From Chiloscyllium plagiosum (lineage: Eukaryota), in NCBI RefSeq assembly GCF_004010195.1, contig NC_057719.1, positions 21,488,892 to 21,527,820 on the forward strand: a stretch of DNA of 38,929 nt, read 5' to 3'. Position 1 is the first letter of the stretch, and the number at the start of each line of letters is the position of its first letter. The position numbers and the translations under genes are program-made. Below the pieces are notes generated by a model. That model was not told the origin of the DNA and ran no database searches. It was given only the letters and a program-made list of their open reading frames with translations. This document shows, in pieces, positions 1 through 11,864 of this stretch.

Positions 1-621
1 TTTATTTGAATAGTCCAAGTCAAGATCCAGGCATACTCTTCATTATTTTTAAATGAAAAAAACAGATCAGTACCATTTTCTACTTGAAAACCAAGTAAAT
101 GGAACAATTAATATTTCAGACATGTTCTTTTGTATAACTAATGTGCATGTTAAATCTGATAAATTGCGAACTTTTCGGGTGTATAGCACCATACAATAGC
201 GCACAGATTCAGAGCAAGAGAGAGCACAGAAAGGGTCCATGTGGTCCACCATGTCTACTCCAGCCTTTTGAAACAGCTAGCAATTTAGTTATATTTGACA
301 ACTTTCTTCTTGAAGACTCCCAATTTGATTTTATTCCCTGGTCAAGCATATTTCCAATATTCTTTTGATTAGTGTTAATGAATTCACATCTACATCACTT
401 TCTGGCAATCCACATAATTCTCATCAAGTTCACTGATTGAAGACCTTCACAGAAAATGGACAAAGTAACGGAATTCAATTCTGATAATCTTAGAATATCA
501 AGCTATGACAATGGTTCATTCTTTCTTACTACATCTTCAACATTAAGTGTTCACATACAGCTATGCTAATTTATTAGTTTAACGTTTTCATCCTGAAGCA
601 GAGATGAAATGCCAGTTTCTC

Positions 622-1264
622 ATTACAAGATATTTCAATATCATATATAAAACAGAATTGATACATTGTACTTGTGGAAATACTGAGGCATATTGTTTCT
701 CCTTGATTCTGATATATTTTATAATTTTCCTAAAATTGCCTCACTGAGCGCAAGGCATGGTATTTATAGCCAGGAGGAAGCTGCCACCTTTCCTCTCTCC
801 TTGACTTGCTTTAAGGCCTGTTTTGGCTTACAATAATAAATGAAGAATAGCTAATGAGTAGTAATAAGGAGAAGCTTTGATCATGATAGAAGTTTATCAC
901 ATGATAGCAATAAGGTACAAATTACATTAGCTATCTAGACATCGTTGCTAACTTCCTATAGAGATATAAATGACCCATGTGCCCCCTTCATGATCCAGAG
1001 CTATTTTATCCAATTATCCACCCCAAGACTCTATGATATCATAGATGAGGCGTAATTCAGTCTCTAAAATTATCTCTTTCAGAACCTGACTTTGTGCAAT
1101 ATCTCCCCCTAAGCTTTTCTGTTCACAGTTAACGTTTGTACATTTGGCAATTTTAGGAAAATTATAAAATATATCAGAATCAAGGAGAAACAATATGCCT
1201 CAGTATTTCCACAAGTACAATGTATCAATTCTGTTTTATATATGAGATTGAAATATCTTGTAAT
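622..1264. repeat. 119-bp inverted repeat (622-740 vs 1146-1264) with 405-bp spacer
   Basis: ATTACAAGATATTTCAAT...CCTAAAATTGCC (622-740) is the reverse complement of GGCAATTTTAGG...ATATCTTGTAAT (1146-1264), with one mismatch found by eye. Confidence 0.95.
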
Positions 1265-1832
1265 AGGTCTTGCTTCCTCAGTGGCCTGTCAGCATAACAG
1301 AAGGGTTGGTAGATGCCAGTGATCATAGACAAAGGATACATGTGGTTGGAGCCCGTGGATTGTGCCTCAAGATATGTTGTTCAGTGTCCAGCATGGAGTT
1401 TTCCCTGGTTTCCTTGTCAGATTTTCCCATTGTTTAGGTTATTTATCAAGTTTGGTAAGGTGGTAGGTTGACTATTAATAAGGTGCATTGTAGCATTATC
1501 AAGGATTTAACAACCACTAATCCCTGTCAATTGGCATCCCAACATTGCTTGGCAGGAATCTCACCATGCCTCTTGCAAAAAGCACAAAAGGTAGAGTAAG
1601 ATGATCTCAATTTCTAGATTGGCTTTGCCAGACCTTCTTCCTGATTCTGTTACACATCTCACCATATATCAAATTGTTCAGACCCTTACAAAATTCTACT
1701 CAACAATCCTGAAACTAAAAACTTACCAACCTCCCAAGTCAGATGAGAATACACTCTGAAAAAATTGTGAAACCTCCAGACTGACTGAATGTTTGAAAAA
1801 GGCTTCGTGGATGGACATAGGTCTTGGTAATG

Positions 1833-1911
1833 ACGATTTTCCTGCTCCTCAGATGCTGCACCACTCTAATCTTGACTCTGATCTCCAGCATCTGCAGTCC
1901 TCACTTTCGTC
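1833..1911 (+). mobile_element. Internally deleted Penelope pseudo-LTR/tail fragment with 10-bp TSD
   Basis: CCTGCTCCTCAGATGCTGC...CTCCAGCATCTGCAGTCCTCACTTTC matches the other copies in the window. Flanked by CTTGGTAATG at 1823-1832 and 1912-1921. Confidence 0.85.
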
Positions 1912-4671
1912 CTTGGTAATGTAATTATCTATACAAATGTACAAAAACGGTTTGTGTTATAGGGAGCAACAGTTACAAGTATTGAGAAGGTTGCAACAGG
2001 GATACTGCCGACAGGGAAAGGCACCCAGTTCAGAGATTAGACCTGGCTGTACCTCAAGACTACATACTTTCTCTCTTAGTTCTTGTCTACTAAGCACCTC
2101 CCTACATGCTCGTACCATTCTTGCTTGGCATGCTTTGCAATGCTTTAATGTATACCAAGATATCAAAATAAAACCTATAGCATGTGTCAACTGATGTGCT
2201 TGTTCATTCAACAAAATGGCCATGTCAGAAACTGGTACTGGTTAGTCAGCAGTACAGTTAGTCAGGGCGTCCTGGTACCATAAGTGATGGCAACAATCTA
2301 CAGGCAGTCGGGGGCTTCGACACAGTCAGTCAACAACTTTGGTTGCTCACAGTCAGGGAATTTGTTCCAGCACAGTTCAAAAGGATGTTTAGTTGTTAGT
2401 CTTGAAGGGACATTATCACAAGCAGTCAGGGGATTTACATACCGTCAGTCCAGGAGTTGCAAACACAGTGGTCAGGCACATGGTCAGTTGTGTCTAGCGG
2501 CTGTTCGTCAAACTTGACCAGGGGTCTGGTGCAATCACAGTCCTGGCTATCTATCTGTCAATCTTTCAGGAGAGTTCAAACAGGTGCCTGGAGAGGCAGC
2601 AGGGAGATCAATGATGGAAGGGATGAGGGAAATCAAGGCTTTGGGGGAAAGAACAGTAGTGTGAATTAAAACAAAAACATGGCATGTATGTTCTGGACAA
2701 TTTCCAATGCAAGCTTCGTTCCCTACTATTCCTTCCCCTTCTGGAGATGCAAAGTGCTGCTAGAAAATGGCACCCAGATTGGGTGCATTTAAATGCCAAT
2801 TTGATGGATGAAAATGCAGGATCCACATTTGCTGAACGCCATGCCATTGCATGAACAAAAGTATGAAGCAGCCATTTGCAAGTGCAACTACATTGGATTT
2901 GCAATCATTTCATTACCTGTTTGCTCTACATGCAGAGTGAAAATGTTTAAGGATCAGATGCTGGTCAAATCCATTGCTACATGCCATTGATTGCTTGCAA
3001 ATTAAACCTGGACATCACAATAGTGTTAAGGTTGTCAGCAACAATGATGTGCAAGGCAAATACTGGCTAAAGAGGAACTACTATTTGTATAACTACCAAG
3101 GGTCCTGTATGAACCACATAACTTCAAGTCCTCATTTCCTGCAAGTATCACAGTGGTCTGCTGTGAATGCAATGTGAAGTTTAGGATTTGATGTGGATGT
3201 TGACTTGGAATGGTCATGTTGTGTTGTGGGTACTCCCTTTTTGATTTAATGTGGTGGTCAGTCAACTGGTGTGGTATTGTCACCAAGTTGCTGCAGATGC
3301 TGAGGCTAATAATGCACACATGATGCAGAAATATCCTCTGATGTCCATATCCAAAATGATTCAGTGTGTGATGGTGTGCTCAGCCTATGTCTGTGGCTGC
3401 ATACTTAAGAAGGTAAAGGTGGATGAAGTTGTGTCACAGTCAATAGCAAGGTCATTGATTTGAAATTACCACTTGCTTCAAGAAGACCATCATCCTCATG
3501 TATCCAAAGAAAAATCATATAGCATGACTCAATGACTGCAGCTCAGTGCCTCTGACCTCCATAATTACAAGTGCTTCGAGAGATTAGTTATGATCTTCTG
3601 GAAATTTGGGATCCTAGACACAAGGATCTTTTTCCTATTGGTCCTTGTAGTACTGAGCAATAATGACCACTACAGATCACCATGTGGAATTAGAGAGGAG
3701 AAAGATGTTGCCACCAATCTTTTTCCTATTGAGTCTGAACAAGATGCAGTTTATTTTATGATAACAATTCGATACAAGATACATTAGGTAGCTGAACATT
3801 GTTACCAAGATTATTGGGAGGCATAAATTACACATCTGTCTCATTCCATATTCAGTATACTACTCCCGATTTCCACACCCAGGATGGTATACCATCAGCA
3901 GATTGGTTGAAGCTTGAAGCAGTGTCCAACATAATCCATCAATCCTCTACAACCAAACGTTTGTGGAATTCCAATTGCAAGTGAGGTCCAGTTCAAATGA
4001 ATTTTCAATGATCTATTGCATAAGTTTGATAATCCCAGTATTAGAAGCTAGCCCTACTCACCAAACAAGCCGTGACCTGGGGTGAGTTATCACCATTGGC
4101 ATTTTGACTGACTACTTATTTACAATAAGTTGAGGAAGTTATTAAAATTAGGATTGTTTATTTGTGGGAGCAAATAAATGAGCAAGGTATCTTTTGAAAG
4201 TTTTGTTTTATTAAATAACTTTTTTAAGAAATAGCTTAATGGAAGCAATATAGCTAGCAAAGGATTTGATTTTGTAAAAGTTAATTCTATGAATTAAACT
4301 TTACTTACTCCCAGGCAATAGGTTGACCCTATCATAAGAAATTATTTCTGTGTTAGACACACTTTTAACTATATTTACAAACTCCACCAGCTTATCATTC
4401 TTACATTATGCTGCAGAATGTATTTTTAGGTTATGTTTTGATGCTACGCAATTGTGCTGTTTATTAAAGTTTCAACATTCAGTGTTTAGCAAACATGCTG
4501 GAGTAGAAACCTGACAAAATATAAAACACTTCTGAAAAATACTGTAAGTTTGAACGCCAATCTTCACACTATTTGGCAACTATACTGAAAGTGAAAGCTA
4601 TGTGCCAATGGACTGTTCAACATTAAATTCTATACATGTGTGCTTTTAAGGCTACACAACTGAACTGATAC

Positions 4672-4768
4672 AGAACAGAAAATGCAGGAAATGCTCAGCA
4701 AGTCTGGCAGCATTGGTAAAGAGAGAAACAGAGTTATTGCTTTAAGTCAAATGCCTTTTGCCAAAACT
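4672..4768 (-). mobile_element. Old, degenerate Penelope-type terminal remnant (second family)
   Basis: AGAAAATGCAGGAAATGCTCAGCAAGTCTGGCAGCAT...GAGAGAAACAGAGTTA resembles the start of the old PLE near 27120, which carries GIY-YIG remnants. Confidence 0.5.
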
Positions 4769-5484
4769 CAAAGAGGAGAAGAGACCTCAGAGAAACCTGT
4801 TGGAAGATGTAGGTGTAAAGGGATCAGACGTTTGTGGTGAAGCAAACTCAGTTAGGGTCAAGAATATGAAAACTTCTAAAATGGCATAGAATATCACAAG
4901 GGTCAGGGATGAAGATAGATTGGACAAGGGAAGAACAAGCAAAGTCAAGTAGGAAGGAATATATTCATTGGGTCAGGGTCAAACCTCTCAGAGGATTTTA
5001 GGAAGAAGGTAGCAGAAGGTTGTGTGGTATTTTGGTCTGTAATTTGGAAAGGTGTGGAGGGAAGAGATGAGGACAATGACAATACTGGAAGCACAGATTT
5101 GATGATCATTGGTTGGGCCATGGTATGGAGGAGGAATGAGGAAGTTTAGAGAGCTTGCCCTGAAAGGTAGAGATTGGTACACTGCACAGTTAGAGGACCA
5201 CCCTTGTCAACATCAGACCTGAGTGAATGAAATGTAGCAGCGGGAGACAACTTACAGGTGAGTGAGAGGACCAGAGAATTTGAGATACCTGATGTCACAC
5301 CAAATTCCTATTCACACTTCAAAGGTAAAAATTTTGCTCAGAGTGTAACTTGACAACTACACTACTATCTTCAGGACTCATGATTTCAGTAACTCAATAA
5401 GTTAAATGGAAATTTTATTGCTGGTTTTTATGGAATTTTAAAGGCTGATTATATTCCATTATTCCACAATTAGAGGGAATATTT

Positions 5485-5912
5485 GTAAGGTGAGAGGAGA
5501 AAGATTTAAAAGGAACCTGAGGGGCAACTTTCTCACACAGAGGGTCGTTCATATGTGGAATGAACCACCAGAAGAAGTGCTAGATGCAGATGCAGTTACA
5601 ATGTTTAAAAGGCATTTGGACAGGTACATGAGTAGGAAAGGTTTAGAGGGATATGAGACAAGTGCAGAAAATGTGTTGCTGAAGAAGGGCTTATGCCCGA
5701 AACGTCGATTCTCCTGTTCCCTGGATGCTGCCTGACCTGCTGCGCTTTTCCAGCAACACATTTTCAGCTCTGATCTCCAGCATCTGCAAACCTCACTTTC
5801 TCCTATGAGACAAGTGCATGCAAGCGGGACTAGTTTAGTTTGGGACACTCAGTTGGTATGGACGATTTGGACCGAAGGGTCTGTTTCTATGCTCTGTGAC
5901 TTTATGACTCTA
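5485..5912 (+). mobile_element. CR1 LINE 3' fragment, interrupted by a PLE insertion
   Basis: Translates to RGERFKRNLRGNFLTQRVVHMWNEPPEEVLDADAVTMFKRHLDRYM (CR1 ORF2 C-terminus), followed by a CR1-type 3' UTR ending CTATGCTCTGTGACTTTATGACTCTA. Confidence 0.9.
5667..5803 (+). mobile_element. Short PLE pLTR insertion with hammerhead motif, 5' inverted segment and 15-bp TSD
   Basis: TSD TATGAGACAAGTGCA at 5652-5666 and 5804-5818. Core CTGAAGA-A-GGGC TTAT GCCC-GAAACGTC. 5667-5681 is the reverse complement of 5751-5765. Confidence 0.92.
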
Positions 5913-6678
5913 TCTCGCTGTAAATATTTTACATTAAGTTTCTTAATTAATATTCTATGGTTATGTAAGCTATATAAAGAGGATTATTTTTCAGGATTAT
6001 GAGAAAAGTTGGGCATGGGACTAAACTGAGCTGACACAGGCTTGTTGAGCTGAACCGTCTTCTTCTGTTGTAATTGTCCAAGATTCTACTCATCCTTACC
6101 TCCGTTAATGCTTATCCCTTAAGGCCTCAGGATCCACAACAATATAACAGGCAAAATGGTCCTGTTTAGAGATAGATAACATTTAACAGTCCTGGAAAGT
6201 TTGTTTATAGGGTTAACAGAAGTGGCGGAGGTAGCCTTGGGATAAATGTGCTTCGGTGCTTTGGAATTAGATCTTAGAAGTTATCAACACTGCAGTATAG
6301 CTTGACAGTTTTATCTGAATCCTTTTCACTGGAAATAGATTTCAATATTCTCTTCCTTTGTTTTTACTTACCCACAGAGCAACATTTTAATCTGAAAGCA
6401 CAGCTGTGCATAATTATCCTCTGTGAAACATTTACCTGAGGGATTTTCAAATTTAATCCTAGTTTGTTTTTTTGTTTGAAAAAAAATAAAGCTTAGGCAA
6501 TTATTCTGAAGCATGATGAAAAACAGTGAGATATTTGACTAGCTAAAATAATCAAACACTTGTTTGCAGATTTGAAATAACTATGCAAAAGGAATGGTCA
6601 GAATGTTGGAAATGTTAACTATGCTTGCCATCAGTGCACTTCATAAAGGAGCTGCCACAGGTCTCCAATATTTAAGAG

Positions 6679-7140
6679 GTAAAAACAATGACTGCAGATG
6701 CTGGAAACCAGATTCTGGATTAGTGGTGCTGGAACAGCCCAGCAGTTCAGGCAGCATCCAAGGAGCTTCGAAATCGACATTTCGGGCAAAAGCCCTTCAT
6801 CACTCTTCGGGACACCCGCACCAATCAACCACACCGCCCCGTGGCCCAACATTTCAACTCCCCCTTCCACCCTGCCGAGGACATGGAGGTCCTGGGCCTC
6901 CTTCACCGCCGCTCCCTCACCACCAGACGCCTGGAGGAAGAACGCCTCATCTTCCGCCTCGGAACACTTCAACCCCAGGGCAACAATCTGAACTTCCCAC
7001 CCTCCTCTAGCTTATCTCTCCATGCTTCAGGCTCACTGCCTTTATTCCTGATGAAGGGCTTTTGCCCGAAACGTCGATTTCAAAGCTCCTTGGATGCTGC
7101 CTGAATTGCTGTGCTCTTCCAGCACCACTAATCCAGAATC
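6679..7140 (+). mobile_element. Penelope-like element fragment (GIY-YIG C-terminus) with inverted pLTRs and TSD
   Basis: Encodes VAQHFNSPFHPAEDMEVLGLL...RRLEEERLIFRLGTLQPQG. Arms 6711-6802 and 7049-7140 are inverted copies. TSD (TC)CAATATTTAAGAG at 6664-6678 and 7139-7153. Confidence 0.93.
7044..7079 (+). ncRNA. Minimal type I hammerhead ribozyme motif (best-preserved copy)
   Basis: CTGATGA (7048-7054), extra A, stem II GGGC-TTTT-GCCC, GAAA (7068-7071), palindromic ACGT stem III, GTC cleavage triplet ending 7075, and a short stem I (ATTC/GATT). Confidence 0.8.
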
Positions 7141-7329
7141 CAATATTTAAGAGATTATCGTTGAGTCCTGGGCTAGGAATGCTGCAAACTCCATGGAATA
7201 TCCTGCAGTCAAGCCTCCACCCTGTCCTAGGACATCAGAATGTCGACACAAGTGCAGCATGCTCAATCCCCAGTTTTCCAAACCAGTCCACTCAGAGGTG
7301 CGGCAATACAGATGCAGATTTCTGAGTCT

Positions 7330-9845
7330 TTTAATTCTCCCTAATGTGGCTGAGTTAACTACATGGGCAGGTAGGGCATTCCACGCCCTTACCACTCTCT
7401 GAGTAAAGAACCTGTCTCTGACATCTGTCTTAAGTCTATCCTATCTAATCCTCTGATCATCTTGTATGTCTCTATCAAATCCCCCCTTAGCCTTCTTCTT
7501 TCCAATGAGAACAGACCCAAGTCTCTCAGCCTTTCCTCATAAGACCTTCCCTCCAGACCAGGCAACATCCTGGTAAATCTCCTCTGCACCTTTTCCAATG
7601 CTTCCACATCCTTCCCGATATATGGTGACCAGAACTGTACGCAATATTCCAAGTGTGGCCGCACTAGCATTTTGTATAGTTGCAGCATGACATACGGATC
7701 TGGAACTCAATCTCTCTACCAATGAAACCTAACACACCGTATGCCTTCTTAACAGCACCATCAACCTGGGTGGCAACTTTCAGGGATCCATGCACATGGA
7801 CTCCAAGATTCCTCTGCACATCCACACTACTAAGAATCTTTCCATTGACCCAGTACTCTGCCTTCCTGTTATTCTTCCTAAAGTGCATCACCTCACATTT
7901 AGCTGCATTTAACTCCATTTGCCACCTCTTAGCTCAATTCTGCAGTTTATCCAAGTCCCCTGCAACCTGTAACATTCTTCCACACTGTCCACTACTCTAC
8001 CAACTTTAGTGACATGTGCAAATTTACTAATCCATCCACCTATGCCCGTGTCTAAGTCATTTATAAAAATGACAAATAGCAGTGGTCCCAAAACAGATCC
8101 TTGTGGCACACCACTAGTAACTGGACTCCAGACTGAATATTTTCCATCAACCACCACTCGCTGNNNNNNNNNNNNNNNNNNNNNNNNNNNNNNNNNNNNN
8201 NNNNNNNNNNNNNNNNNNNNNNNNNNNNNNNNNNNNNNNNNNNNNNNNNNNNNNNNNNNNNNNNNNNNNNNNNNNNNNNNNNNNNNNNTGAAATCAAATT
8301 GTTGCTTGCTAGATGATTATAAATCTTATCTCTTATAATCCTTTCCAAAACCTTTCCCACAACATAAGTAAGGCTCACTGGTCTATAATTACCTGGGTCA
8401 TCTCTACTGCCCTTCTTGAACAAGGGCACAACATTCGCAATCCTCTAGTCCTCTGGTACTAAACCTATAGACAATGACAACTCAAATATCAAAGCCAAAG
8501 GTTTTTCTATATTCTCCCTAGCTTTCCGGAGAATCCTCGGATAAATCCCATCAGGCCTAAGGGACTTGTCTACTTTCACTCCTTCTAGAACTGATAACAC
8601 CTGCTCATAACTAACCTCGATCCTTTCTAGTTGAATATCTCATACCTCATTCTTCTCCTCTACAATATTCTCCTTTTCCTGAGTGAAAACTGATGAGAAA
8701 TGTTCATTTAGCACCTCTCTGATCTCCACAGTGTCCACACTCAACTTCCCACTTCTGTTTTTGACTGGCCCTATTCCTACTTTAGTCATCCTTTTATTCC
8801 TCACATACCTATAGAAAGCTTTAGGGTTCTCCTTTATTCTATTTGCTAAAGACTGCTTATATCCTCTCTTTGATCTTCTTAACTCTCTCTTTTAATCCTT
8901 CCTAGCTGATCCGTAACTCTCCATTGCCTCATCTGAACCATCCTGCCTCATCAACACATAAGCCTCCTTCTTCTGCTTAAGAAGTGATTCAATTTCTGTA
9001 GTAAACCACGGTTTCCTTACCATATCACTTCCTCCCTGCCTGACAGGGACATACCTATCAAGGACACGCAATATCAGTTCTTTAAACCAGCTCACATTTC
9101 CATTGTCTGCCTCCCCTGCATTTTGCAACCCCATTCTATGCATCCTAATTTCTGCCTAATCGAATTATAATTGCCCTTGTCCCATCAATAATTCTTGACC
9201 TCTGGCATGTACCTATCCCTTTCCATCGCTAAACTAAACTTAACTGAATTATGGTCACTCTCTCCAAAGTGCTCACCTAAAACTAAATCAAACACCTGGC
9301 CTGGTTCATTACCAAGTACCAGACCCAGTGTGGCCTCCCTCTTGCAGGCCCTTCAACATACTGTGTCAGAAAACCCTCCTGTACACATTGGACAAAAACT
9401 GATCCATCCAACGTAGAGTTATAGCATTTCCAGTCAATGTTGGGGATGTTAAAGTCCTCCATAATGATCACCGTGTTCCTTTCACTCCTACCCAGAATAA
9501 TTTTGCCAATCCTATCTTCCACATCTCTGTAACTCTGTGGAGGCCTATAAAAAACTCCAAGCAGTGTGACCTCTCCTCTCCTGTTTCTAACCTCAGCCCA
9601 CACTACATCAATAGACAAGTCCTCTCAGCCACCATTATAATATCCTTGATGAACAAGGCCACACCTCCACCTCTTTTACCACCTTGCCTGTTCTTAATGA
9701 AAAGATCTAAACCCTGGAACATGCAACATCCATTCCTCACCCTGCTCTATCCATGTCTCCGAAATGGCCACAACATCAAAGTCCCAGGTACCTACCCATC
9801 CTTATTTCGGATACTTCGGGCATTGGAGTAGACACACTTCAAACC
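7330..9845 (-). pseudogene. CR1 ORF2 (AP endonuclease + reverse transcriptase), frameshifted
   Basis: [77 protein letters not shown] (decayed FADD); [18 protein letters not shown]. Confidence 0.93.
8164..8288. other. Assembly gap (N run) inside CR1 RT
   Basis: Run of N. Confidence 1.
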
Positions 9846-9958
9846 AGCTTCCTGTCTGCCAGCACATACCTGTGACCCTGAAATCCTGCCCCTGCCCTCC
9901 CTACTCTCATCCTCCTGTACACTGCAACTATACGTCAGGTTCCCATCCTCTTGCTGAG

Positions 9959-10800
9959 CTAGTTTAAACCCACCCAAATAGCACCAGCAAATTTTCCATC
10001 CAGGATATTAGTACCCCTCTGGTTCAAGTGAAGTTCATCCTGTTTGTACAGGTCCCACCTTCCCCAGAATGAGCCCCATTTATCCAAAAACCTGAAACCC
10101 TCTCTCCTGCACCATCCTTACAGCCACGTGTACAGCTGATATCTCTCCCTATTTCTAGCCTCGCTATCACGTGGCAGGGGTAACAAACCAGAGATAACAA
10201 CTCTGTTTGTTCTAGCTCTTAGCTTTCATCTTAACTCCCTGAAATCCTGCCTTACATCTCTATCCCTCTTTCTACCTATGTCATTGGTACCTACATGGAT
10301 CACGACTTGAGGCTGGTCACCCTCTCCCTTCAGGACGCCAAAGATCCGATCCAAGACATCACGGACCCTGGCACCTGGGAGACAACACACCAACCGTGAG
10401 TCTCATTCATTCCCAACAAACCTTCTATCTGAGCCTCTAACTATTGAGTCCCCAATGACTAACACTCCTCCTTTCCCTCCTTCCCTTCTGTGCAGCAGTG
10501 ACAGGCTCCGTGCCAGAGACCTGGGCCCCACTGCACACCCCTGGTAAGTCGTTTCCCCCCCCAACAGCATCCAAAATGTTATACATGTTTTTCAGGGGAA
10601 TGACCACAGGGGACCCCTGCACTGACTGTTTTTTCCCCCTTCACACAGTCACCCAGCTTTTTTTGTGCTTAGGAGTAACTACTTCCCTGCAACTCTAATC
10701 TATCACAACCTCTGCCTCCCGAATGATCCGAAATTCATCCAGCTCCCGCTCCAGTTCCCTAACACGGTCTTGGAGGAGCGAGAGTTGGGTGCACTTCCGG
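9959..10800 (-). pseudogene. CR1 ORF1 with coiled coil and SGNH/GDSL esterase-like domain, disrupted
   Basis: Manual minus-strand reading gives KCTQLSLLQDRVRELERELDEF, IGDSIVRG, CCLPGARV, VIHVGTNDI and QDELHLNQRG. These match the SGNH blocks known in CR1 ORF1. Confidence 0.85.
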
Positions 10801-10979
10801 CAGGCCCCTTGTCCAAGCTCCCGCTTTTCAAGTTGCTGCTGCCACTGAAAAACAGAAATGAAGGATTCCTGTAGTTGAGGTCAGTTTTTAAAGGTTCAAA
10901 TCAGTGACTCACCGCTCTAGCAGACCCCTGGTCCAAGCTCTCACACTTTGAGTTGCTGCTGCTGCTGGAAAGACGACTT

Positions 10980-11503
10980 GTGGTGAAAGGTGTTTTTCTT
11001 TCCATATTTCTCTACGAAGGACAGTTGATACGGAACGGTCCAACTACTTGGAGTGTTCCCCGGTAATGAGGTCAGTCCGATTTGTCGCAGTACCAGGTCA
11101 GGTCAAACCTTAACATGTAGTGACACTTAGTATTTGCATGCCAAGGATCTAGCCAGTTTCTGCTTTACTTTGATTATGCATTCCTCCCAAGATTTTGTGC
11201 ATGCCTCCGACCGTATTCCCAGTCCCTTCAGGTAATATGTCTTGATAGTGAAAGGGATGAAGGATCGGTCAGCCCAGTTCCCAAAGAACCTGTCCTCGCT
11301 CTTGCCTTGATTTACCTTGGCTCCTGAGGCCACTTTGAACTGGTCACAGATGCTCATGAGTCTGCACACTGACAGCGGATCCAAGCAGAAAACAATGATG
11401 CCATCCATATACAGGGAGGCTTTGACCTGCTGGTCTCCACTATATGGAATAGTCACCCCTCTCAGACTCACGTCCTTCCTGTTGGAGTCAGCAAACGGCT
11501 TGA
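10980..11503 (-). mobile_element. Tx1/L1-clade LINE RT fragment with an internal deletion
   Basis: VKASLYMDGIIVF (YxDD region), FKVASGAKVNQGKSE and YLKGLGI, then after a jump near 11140 CHYMLRF and SWTVPYQLSFVEK. Confidence 0.85.
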
Positions 11504-11864
11504 GGCTCAGGGAAAATGGGGGTCAATTGGCTCATTGCTAAGCCGAATTAACGTTCTGCCACTATGGCTGGGATTCCTGTGTCATCTCCCTCTGCGCTCT
11601 AATTTATTCAGAGTGTTTCTGCCACTGTTGGGAGACTGGCTGGTCTTTCTAACAATTACCTAGGCCCAATATTCATGTTCCTGGCCACAACAGGCAACAT
11701 AAGATAGAGCTCATAGACCCCATTAGTCTCTCAGGTCACTACTGTGCAGGAGAGATCACTTAGTGCTGGGGTCATTATTTATCTCTCAATCTAAAGTCAT
11801 TAAAACAGAAAATAATGATTCATCATACTGCTCTAATGTACTTAACTAAATCTCACTTCAATAA

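Larger units (their letters stand above)
7325..10975 (-). mobile_element. Near-full-length CR1 LINE (decayed; 3' end truncated, internal deletions)
   Basis: Collinear ORF1, endonuclease and RT remnants on the minus strand. Duplicated ~50-bp units at about 10803-10851 and 10923-10971 lie at the 5' end. Confidence 0.93.

Noticed and set aside
1957..2223. Cys-rich minus-strand ORF (AFPCRQYPCCNLLNTCNCC)
   Set aside because: No recognisable domain spacing or splice signals; probably chance or decayed repeat.
2230..2600. Recurring CAGTCAG(GG) words suggesting an array
   Set aside because: No constant period or repeat length; not CRISPR-like and not a definable tandem repeat.
2900..4110. Possible very old LINE remnants
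   Set aside because: Only faint motif resemblance; family and boundaries cannot be supported by eye.
6100..6161. Minus-strand exon-like segment with AG/GTAAGG boundaries
   Set aside because: Stops in all three frames and no partner exons; could only be non-coding and is unsupported.
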